Assembly: GCA_027925225.1 (NCBI GenBank)
Contig: AP027131.1
Location: forward strand, 90,001 to 122,000
DNA from: Candidatus Saccharimonadota bacterium
GTDB taxonomy: Bacteria; Bacillota_I; Bacilli_A; Mycoplasmatales; Hepatoplasmataceae
Reading direction: 5' to 3'
Length of the DNA stretch: 32,000 nucleotides
Shown one piece after another: positions 1-8,047 of the stretch. The position numbers and the translations under genes are program-made. How positions within the stretch are numbered: the stretch's first letter is position 1; each line of letters starts with the position of its first letter. The notes beneath the pieces were generated by a model. The model saw only the letters and a program-made list of their open reading frames with translations. It ran no database searches and was not told the origin of the DNA.

Positions 1-479
1 AAATTAAAGAAGGTGAAGAAATAGCTATTGTTGGTATGAAAGATACTAAAAAAGCTGTTGTTACTGGAATTGAAATGTTTAGAAAATTATTAGATCATGC
101 TGAAGCTGGAGATAATGTTGGTCTTTTACTTAGAGGAGTTGGAAGAGAAGAAATCCAAAGAGGACAAGTAATTACTAAACCAGGAACAATGACTCCACAT
201 AAAAAATTTAAAGCTGAAGTTTATGCTTTAAAAAAAGAAGAAGGCGGAAGACATACTCCTTTTTTCACAAATTATCGTCCACAAATTTATTTAAGAACAA
301 CAGATGTAACAGGAACTGTTACTTTGGATAAAGGTATTGAAATGATAATGCCTGGAGATAATGCTTCAATTACAATTGATTTAATTTCACCTATTGCTAT
401 TGAAAAAAATACAAAATTTTCAATAAGAGAAGGCGGAAGAACTGTTGGAGCAGGAACAATAACTGAAATTATAGAATAG
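1..479 (+). CDS. tuf: Elongation factor Tu, C-terminal part (5' end lies outside the window)
   Basis: Translation from base 3 ([46 protein letters not shown]...[17 protein letters not shown]) matches EF-Tu domains II/III. TAG stop at 477-479. Confidence 0.97.
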   Translation, partial: IKEGEEIAIVGMKDTKKAVVTGIEMFRKLLDHAEAGDNVGLLLRGVGREEIQRGQVITKPGTMTPHKKFKAEVYALKKEEGGRHTPFFTNYRPQIYLRTTDVTGTVTLDKGIEMIMPGDNASITIDLISPIAIEKNTKFSIREGGRTVGAGTITEIIE

Positions 480-498
480 AAATAATTTATTATTTATA

Positions 499-533
499 TA
501 AAAAAATAGTTCTTTAAAAGAACTATTTTTTTA
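499..533. terminator. Bidirectional intrinsic terminator between convergent tuf and the hypothetical gene
   Basis: Near-perfect palindrome: TAGTTCTTT (507-515) pairs with AAAGAACTA (517-525). An A-run lies on the left and a T-run on the right, so it reads as hairpin plus U-run on both strands. Confidence 0.6.
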
Positions 534-539
534 TATAAA

Positions 540-1184
540 TTAAACTTCAATATCAGTATTAGATTGATAAATTTCAGAAATACCTATATCATATCTATTA
601 TTATTTGTATCAAGAATTTTAAATTCTTGTTTTATAAAATTTTTTTGATCTCTTGTTATACGTAAATATACGCCATTTCATGAATATAAAAGAAAATTTT
701 CATTTTCTACAAATTTAGCTGTATTTATTTTTGTAGTTTGAAATTGAGAATTACTTAAATATCATTTAACAAAAATAAAAGGATATTGATCAATATCTCC
801 ATTAATTTGAACTCATTTACAAATATTTGACCCACTTGTAGTTTTTCCACAGCTTATATTTTTTAAAGGATATTCAACATGACCATTATTTTTTTCGGCA
901 TTTTCACTTTTAAAACATTGAACAATAAATTCACTATCACCATTTAATTTAGTTATTGCTTTATGAAGCGCATTTACTTGAAATTCATCTTCATTTAATT
1001 TTATTTTAATATCTTTATTAAAATTTTTTTTAAAATCTATTTTTGCAAATTTAATTATATTTGAATTATCAGATTTATCTTTTAGACTAAATGTTACTAC
1101 TTCTGTATCTTTTGGAATTAAAATAAATTTTTTAAGAGTTATTTCATTTTGACTAAATTCTTGTATTACTACACTACTTTTCAT
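540..1184 (-). CDS. Hypothetical protein, 214 aa, no TM segment seen, no family recognised
   Basis: The track ORF 813..1184 ends at a TGA. Reading that frame by hand, I found no TAA/TAG until 540-542 and three in-frame TGA codons (813, 762, 678). C-terminal continuation: ...SNICKWVQINGDIDQYPFIFVKWYLSNSQF...DIGISEIYQSNTDIEV. Confidence 0.7.
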
Positions 1185-1335
1185 TTTCTTTAATTATTTC
1201 TTTCGTTAGTTTTTTATGTTCTAAGGGAAACTTAGTTTCCTCAAACTAATTTATATCTTATATTTTTTTAAAAATACTAAAAATATTTAAATTAAGTTCA
1301 TAGATTTTTATAAAAAATAATAATTTGTTTAAATA

Positions 1336-1341
1336 TATAAT
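1336..1341 (+). promoter_or_regulatory. Candidate -10 box (TATAAT) for tRNA-Cys
   Basis: Exact TATAAT 11 nt upstream of the first tRNA base. No convincing -35. Confidence 0.4.
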
Positions 1342-1352
1342 TAGATTGTGGT

Positions 1353-1427
1353 GGCACAGTAGCCAAGTTGGTAAGGCAAGAGGCTGCAACCCTCTCATCG
1401 TCAGTTCGAATCTGTCCTGTGCCTCCA
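1353..1427 (+). tRNA. tRNA-Cys (anticodon GCA), CCA encoded
   Basis: Acceptor GGCACAG/CTGTGCC. Anticodon arm AGAGG-CTGCAAC-CCTCT. T-loop TTCGAAT (one U-U mismatch in the T stem). Discriminator T plus CCA. The track ORF 1258..1530 (-) overlapping it is spurious. Confidence 0.92.
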
Positions 1428-1496
1428 TTTTTTTTATTAATTTTTTTATTTTTTTAAAAATATATACATTTTTTAAAAATTGTATATAATCCAATT

Positions 1497-1700
1497 GTGA
1501 GATAAAAAAACATTGTCTCACACAAAACACAATTGAGTTATTTATTAGCTCGGCATGAAATGTTTAAAAATGATTCACCTCCTTCTTTTAAGCATTAGAT
1601 AAAATTTATTTTTTTATTACATACACACATAACACACCCAATTTAGAACTTTTATTAAGTTTTAAATGCTCCAACAAGATTTGTTGGAGCATTTTTATTT
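1497..1700 (+). ncRNA. Candidate orphan ~200-nt transcript (function unknown)
   Basis: TATAAT at 1485-1490. 5' hairpin TGTGAGA (1496-1502)/TCTCACA (1516-1522). Internal CACCTCCTT (1576-1584), CA-rich tract 1619-1640 and a strong terminator at 1664-1700. No ORF of meaningful length on either strand. Confidence 0.3.
1664..1700 (+). terminator. Intrinsic terminator (usable in both directions) separating the tRNA-Cys side from arcA
   Basis: 14-bp perfect stem AAATGCTCCAACAA (1664-1677)/TTGTTGGAGCATTT (1681-1694) with a 3-nt loop, followed by TTATTTTT. Confidence 0.75.
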
Positions 1701-1752
1701 TTAATAAAAAATCTTGAGATTCTCTTTATTTTTTTTACTATTATGCTTTTAC

Positions 1753-1758
1753 TATAAT
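1753..1758 (+). promoter_or_regulatory. Candidate -10 box for the arc operon
   Basis: Exact TATAAT about 140 nt upstream of the arcA ATG. No clear -35. The 5' UTR contains the repeated 12-mer described in the findings. Confidence 0.3.
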
Positions 1759-1898
1759 TTTTCTGTGTTAGTTATTTTTACTAATCAATTACATTAAGAT
1801 AAATAGTTATTTTTAATACATTTTTTAAAAAAAGAAAAGGATTATTAACAAAATTAAATAATCTTAAATAAAAGGAGATTTTATAATAACAAAAAATT

Positions 1899-3119
1899 AT
1901 GGAACCAATTTACGTACATTCAGAATATGGTAAATTAAAAAAAGTTTTACTTCATAGGCCAGGAGCAGAAACTGAAAACTTAACTCCTTCAACATACGTT
2001 GAATTGCTTTTTGATGATGCTTACTTTTTACCTCAAGCTCAAAAAGAGCATGATGCTTTTGCAAAAATTTTAAGAGACAATGGTGTTGAAGTCATTTATT
2101 TAGAAGATTTAGTTGCCACTGTGCTAAGCATCAGTAAAGAAATAAAGGATGATTTTATTGAAAGATTTATTATTGAAGCTGGGGTAGATAGAGAAAGCAG
2201 TTTATTTCATAGAGTTGTAAATTATTTTGATACTTTTAAAAATAATAAGGAGCTTGTTGTCAAAATGATGGCAGGTGTAAGATTTTCAGAATTACCAAAT
2301 TCAGAAAAAAAAACATTAAGAGAGTTAAGCCAAAATGAATTATTTGCACTTAAACCAATGCCAAACTTAATTTTTACAAGAGATCCATTTTCAACAATAA
2401 ATAAAGGCGTTTCACTTCATACAATGTTTTTTGAGACAAGAAGAAGAGAAACATTGTTTGGGGAATATGTTTTTAAACACCATCCAGACTATAAAACAGT
2501 AGAGCTTTATTATGATAGATATCAAAATACATCAATAGAAGGAGGAGATGTAATGATTCTGAGTGATAAAGAAATTGCTGTTGGAATGTCACAAAGAACA
2601 AATTCTTCTTCAGTTGAAAAATTAGCACATAATATTTTTAATAAAAAAGGTACTACAATTGAAAGAATTTATGCAATTGACATTCCTAAAGGTAGGTCAT
2701 GGATGCATCTTGATACAGTTTTTACACAAATTGATAAAAATAAATTTGCTATTTTTAGTAATTATCAATTTACAATTTTTAAAATTACAAAAAATGAAGA
2801 TGGAACTCATAGAATAAAAAAATACAAAAAAAGTATTGATGAAATTATGGGAGAAGTTTTTAAACAAAAAGATGTGAAATTAATTCATTGTGGTAATGGG
2901 GATCCGTTAATTTCAGAAAGAGAACAATGAAATGATGGGTCAAATGTTCTTGCCATTTCTCCAAATGTAGTTGTTGCATATGAGCGAAATTATGTTACAA
3001 ATAAAGCATTAAAAGAAGCAGGAGTTAAAGTATTTGAAATTCCTTCTGGAGAATTATCAAGAGGTAGAGGCGGACCTAGATGTATGTCAATGCCTTTAAT
3101 AAGAGAAGATGTTAAATAA
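1899..3119 (+). CDS. arcA: Arginine deiminase, 406 aa
   Basis: Track ORF 1899..2930 continues through one TGA (..[68 protein letters not shown]). It contains the conserved ADI catalytic-Cys motif ([10 protein letters not shown]) and the FTRDP and HLDT motifs. Confidence 0.95.
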
Positions 3120-3204
3120 TTTTAAATATTGAGATAAAATTATTTAAAATGAGTTTTTATTTTAATATTTTTTACATAATTTGTAAAAAAACAAAGGAGA
3201 ATTT

Positions 3205-4209
3205 ATGCCAATAAATTTAAGAGGTAAAAGTTTACTCTCAGTCGGAGAATGAACAACAGATGAAGTTAATTATGTTTTACAACTTTCAAAACAATTAAAA
3301 GATCAAAAAAGAACAGGATCTAATCAAAGAATTCTTTTAGGCACAGCAGGAACAAAATCTATTGTTGTTATTATGCAAAAGGATTCTACAAGAACAAGAT
3401 CAGCATTTGAAACAGCAGCATTTGATTTAGGAATGAATGTTTCTTACATTGGTCCTACCGGTTCACAAATTGGTAAAAAAGAGTCTATTGCTGATACCGC
3501 AAGAGTTTTAAGCAGATTTTATGATGGTATTGCTTTTAGGGGATCTGCGCATTCAGATGTTGTTGAATTATCTGAAAATTCATTGGTTCCAGTTTGAAAT
3601 GGTCTTACTGATAAATGACACCCCACACAAATGTTTGCAGATTATTTAACAATTTATGAACATTTTGGTAGAACAAATGTAAAATTTGCTTTTTTTGGTG
3701 ATGCTAAAAATAATATGGGAAATTCATTAATGGTTATGGCAGCTCATATGGGAGCTGAATTTTGAGCAGTCGCACCTAAAAAATATTGACCTTCAAGAGA
3801 AATTGTTGATATTGCCAAAAAAATTGCAAAAGTTACAGGAGCTTCAATAAATATGACTGAAGATCCAAAAGTTGGCGCTAATAATGCTGATGTTGTTTAT
3901 ACGGATGTATGAGTATCAATGGGAGAGCCAGATGAAGTTTGAGAAGAAAGATTAAGAGACCTTAAACCTTATCAAATTAATTCACAAATTATGGGACAGA
4001 CAAGTAAAAATTCTATTTTTTTACATTGTTTACCAGCATTTCACAATACTGATACAAAAGTTGGTGCTGAAATTGCTGCAAAATATAAAGTTAAAGAAAT
4101 GGAAGTTACAGACGAAGTCTTTGAGTCAACAAAATCAAAAGTTTTTGATGAAGCAGAAAATAGAGCCCACACAATTAAAGCAATTATGCTTGCTACATTA
4201 GGATATTAA
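3205..4209 (+). CDS. arcB: Ornithine carbamoyltransferase (catabolic), 334 aa
   Basis: ATG at 3205 preceded by AAAGGAGA. The same frame joins track ORFs 3373..3597 and 3991..4209 through several TGA (Trp) codons. Motifs STRTR, HPTQ and HCLP are present. Confidence 0.95.
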
Positions 4210-4270
4210 TTTTAATCAAATAAAATAAATTTAAATTTTTATCTAAACACATTTTAAAAAAGTCAAAATT

Positions 4271-6139
4271 ATGAATATGAATAATGAAATCGAGAGCATA
4301 GTAGAAGAAGTTGTTGATAAAAAAGATGAAATCACAATAGATTTAAAAGAAAACACATCTATTGTTTTTTCTAAAGAAAAAAAATCAAAAGAAAAAAAAT
4401 CAAATGAAGTTAGTTCTGTTGTTTCTAAAGAAGCAACAGAAAAAACAAAAGTAAAAGTAAGCGAAAAAGAAAAAGAAAAAAATAAAAAGAAAAAATGATA
4501 TCAAAAATTTAAAATACCCAAAGCTCTTACAATTATTGTAGGAATTCTTTTAATTTGTATATTTCTTACATGAATTATTCCTCATGAAGGTTATTTTAAA
4601 GTTGAAGATAGTTCGGGAAATATTATTCACCAACAGTATTCTGAACTTTACCCCGACGGTATACAGCCAGGAGATATAAATTGGTTTGATAGTACACCTT
4701 TCGGCTTAAATTTTGTCTCTGATTATTGGTATATGCCAGGCGGAGGTATGGATCCTCGCTATGGTTTTTTTGACACAATTGAAGTAATTATTGCAGGTTT
4801 TTTAGGAGCAGCAGGAGTTATATTTTTTGTATTTGCAATTGGTGCTTTTATTGAAGTTATGATGTCTTCAGGAACACTTGAAAAAGGTGTTGGAGCATTA
4901 GAAAATAAATTAAAAGGAAAAGAAATTATTCTTATTCCTATTTTATTTACTTTATTTGCACTTGGAGGAACTACTTATGGAATGCAAGAGGAAACTATAG
5001 GATTTTTCCCAATAATTATTCCTTTTCTTCTAATTGCAGGATTTGATTCAATGACTGGGTTTCTTGTAATTGTTATGGGGTCAACAACAGGAATTGCAGC
5101 CTCAACTGTTAATCCGTTTTCAGTAACTGTTTATGCTGATGCGATGGCTAATTCCGGTGCAGATTATGTAACCACTGCTTCTTCATCAATGGGAATGGGA
5201 GGTAGATTTGCAATATTTGCTTTATTTACAATAATAGGGGGCTCAATTATAACTTTTTATGCAGCAAGAGTTAAAAAAGACAAATCACACTCACTTCTTG
5301 CCGATCAATATGAAGATGATCTAAAATGAGCTCGTGATCAATATGGTGGTATTGATGAACATGCTGAGTATAAAAAAATGTCCAAAAGACAAGTGATAGC
5401 CATTTGGATTTTTGGAGGAACATTTCTTTTAATGGTTATAGGTATGATGCCATGGGGTGATTGATTTGGATTTGATTCTAGTACTGCCCCTGATGGATTT
5501 GCAATTTTTTCATCTCTATTTTTTGGTTCGGCAATGATTGGAACATGATATTACATTCAATTAATATTTCTATTTTTAATAATGACCATTATTTTAGGAA
5601 TAATTTTTAAAATGAATGGTAAAGATATCAGCAAAACAATGATTAGAGGTGCTAAATTCATGTTAAGTGTTGCTATCATTATTGGAGTCGCACGTGCTAT
5701 TTCTTATGTTTTAATTTATTCTGGTCTTGCAGATACAATAGTTGTATCTTTACTTTCAAGTATTGGTGATGTTAGTCCTATTGCATTTTCAATTATAGTC
5801 TTCCCAATATTCTTAATTTTAGGAGCATTTATTACATCAACTTCAGGTCTTGCATCTGCTGTTGGTGGAATTATGGGAACATTTATTTCTGGAATAGCAG
5901 TAAATTCATCAGACCCACAAGCAACAGCAGATGCATTAATTATAGGAACAATGCTTGCTTATACATTAGCAACCGGAATTATGAATATGTGATCTCCGAC
6001 AAATGGATTACTTCTTGCACAAGCAGAGGCGGGTCACTTAGATTATCCGAAAGTTTTTAAACCATTATTCTCTTATGCAATTTTAATTACTATTCTCTCA
6101 TTTTTAGTGATTCCAGGTGTTACCGCACTTTCAATGTAG
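4271..6139 (+). CDS. arcD: YfcC/ArcD-family (TC 2.A.118-type) membrane transporter, putative arginine/ornithine antiporter, 622 aa, with a 75-aa Lys/Glu-rich N-terminal extension
   Basis: One frame joins track ORFs 4271.., 4733.. and 5582.. through TGA codons and ends at TAG 6137-6139. The canonical YfcC-like N-terminus (WYQKFKIPKALTIIVGILLICIFLTWIIPHEG) starts only after the charged extension. Its position between arcB and arcC supports the call. Confidence 0.85.
4373..4402 (+). repeat. Perfect 15-bp tandem duplication (AAAGAAAAAAAATCA x2) inside the arcD N-terminal extension
   Basis: 4373-4387 and 4388-4402 are identical and encode KEKKS twice. Each copy carries an A8 tract. Confidence 0.9.
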
Positions 6140-6176
6140 AGTCAAAAATTTAATTTAAAAGGAAAGGTAAAATTTT

Positions 6177-7115
6177 ATGAATAAAAAAAGAAGAATTGTT
6201 GTAGCTTTAGGAGGTAATGCTCTTGGAGATACACCAAATGAACAAAAAGAAGCAGTAAAAATTACTGCAAAATCAATTGTTGATTTAGTTGAAAAAGGAA
6301 ATGAAGTTATTGTTGGTCATGGCAATGGCCCGCAAGTTGGAATGATATCTTCTGCTTTTGAAGAAGCGACAAAAGTAAATAAAAAAATTCCATCAATGCC
6401 TTTAGCTTTATCTGGTGCAATGAGTCAAGGTTATATTGGTTTACATCTTGAACAAGCTATTAAAAATGAATTTTTAAAAAGAAATCTTAAAAAAGATGTA
6501 ATTACTATTGTTACGCAATCAATAATTGATGAAAATGATCCTTCTTTAAAAAATCCAACAAAACCAATAGGTTCATTTTTTAAAGAAGATGAAGCAAAAA
6601 AACTTGCAAAAGAAAATGATTGATTTGTTGGAGAAGATGCCGGAAGAGGTTGAAGGAGAATGGTTCCTTCACCAAAACCAATAGACATTGTTGAAAAAAA
6701 TGTTATTAAATCACTTGTAGAACAAGGAGTAATTGTAATTGCTGGAGGAGGCGGAGGAATTCCAACTCTTTTAAAAAATAAAACTCTTGTTGAAATCGAT
6801 GCAGTAATTGATAAAGATTTTACTTCTGAAAAAATGGCAGAACTTTTAGAAGCTGATTTATTTATGATTGTTACCGCAGTAGACGGAATTTGAAAAGATT
6901 ATGGAAAAAATACTGCAAAATTTATTTCAGAAATTTCTCCAAAAGAATTAGATGATTTGGTTGCAGCAAAAGAATTTCCTTCAGGATCAATGGAACCAAA
7001 AGTTATCGCAGTTTCAAAATTTGTTAAATCAAAAAAAGGAAGAAAAGCAATAATAACTTCTCTTGAAAAAGCATCAGATGCTTTAATAGGAAAAGCAGGA
7101 ACAAAAATTATTTAA
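6177..7115 (+). CDS. arcC: Carbamate kinase, 312 aa
   Basis: Track ORFs 6177..6623 and 6660..6893 share one frame and are joined through TGA codons (..ENDWFVGEDAGRGWRRMVPSPKP..). N-terminal VVALGGNAL and GHGNGPQVG motifs are present. Confidence 0.95.
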
Positions 7116-7177
7116 TAATTAATTAAATTAAAAATTTTAATGAGAAAAAATGTATCTTTTTATATTAATTTTATTTA

Positions 7178-7930
7178 ATGAAATATATATGTGGAGTAGA
7201 TGAATCTGGAATTACAAATAATCATAATAACCTTTTAAAAAAAATTCTTAATAATTATGAATTAAAAGAAAATCAAAAATTTTCTCTTATTACAATGATT
7301 TTAATAAAGGAAGATGAGTATTCTTATTTTAAAAAAGAATTAAAAATACTAAAAATAAATTTATTGAAAAATAAGAAAATAAAATTACATACTTCAGATT
7401 TTTTAAATAAAAGAAATTTATTTTTAAATTATGAAATAAGTGAATTAAAAGAGTTTTTATTTTCTTTTTTAAACATAATAGAAAATTTAAATTTTAAAAT
7501 TTATCAGGTTTTTATCGATAAGGAGTCACATCTTAAAAAATATAAGGAAAAATCTATAGATCCATATTTTTTGGCATCAAAATATTTTATTAATAAAATT
7601 TCTAAATTAAAATTACCAATTGATTTAATTTTTGAGAGAAGAAGTTATAATTTAGACATAGAATTATTAAAGAATTTATACACTTGAAATTACTTTAAAA
7701 ATGATGATTTGAATATTTATTTTTTAAATAAAAGAATTAATGATGATTATGAAATTATTGAATTAGCAGATTTTGTATCATATTTTTTGTTTATAAGTTA
7801 TTTAAAATATGATGATAAGTATTTTGCTAAAGTAAAAGTTTTATCAGAAGAAAACGAAGATTTACTTGTTATGATCAAAAGAATTTTGTTTTTAAAAATA
7901 AGCAATTATTCATTTAAAAAAATAGATTAG
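7178..7930 (+). CDS. DUF3800-like protein, 250 aa
   Basis: Track ORFs 7178..7687 and 7709..7930 share one frame and are joined by a TGA. Motif pattern: N-terminal GVDESG, mid KLHTSDF, C-terminal IELADFVSY. This matches the DESG / H..D / (Q)LAD pattern I associate with DUF3800. The gene is visibly more AT-rich than the flanking arc genes. Confidence 0.6.
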
Positions 7931-8047
7931 TTATTTTTATTAAAAAAAATGATACTTTTTTTTCTATTTTAATATAATGATTATTGATTGCCAAGTCTTT
8001 TTCGTAACAATAAATAATTGGTGTTGTCCATAACATAATATTGTTAT

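Noticed and set aside
1496-1522. TGTGA...TCACA palindrome as a CRP/FNR-type binding site for arc regulation.
   Set aside because: The spacing between half-sites is 17 nt instead of 6, and it lies upstream of a strong terminator rather than next to the arcA promoter. It is more simply read as an RNA hairpin.
1258-1530. Track ORF (90 aa, minus strand).
   Set aside because: It overlaps tRNA-Cys and AT-rich spacer, has a low-complexity product, and has no RBS or homology.
1571-1589. 16S rRNA 3' terminus (ATGATTCACCTCCTTCTTT) suggesting an rRNA gene end.
   Set aside because: Nothing upstream resembles 16S helix 44/45, and tRNA-Cys lies only 140 nt upstream. At most this is a short relic or a functional anti-SD/SD-like motif, so it is reported as a finding rather than an rRNA feature.
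4373-4402. Short tandem repeats and KE-coding periodicity (also 29380-29610) considered as a CRISPR-like or satellite array.
   Set aside because: There are only two 15-bp units, no spacer-repeat architecture, and the sequence lies inside open reading frames. This is coding low-complexity sequence.
6431-6688. Antisense ORFs in arcC (6431..6688 -), rlmB (10017..10361 -) and nusG (11695..11970 -).
   Set aside because: They lie opposite strongly supported coding frames, and the translations are low-complexity Ser/Phe/Ile-rich shadows.
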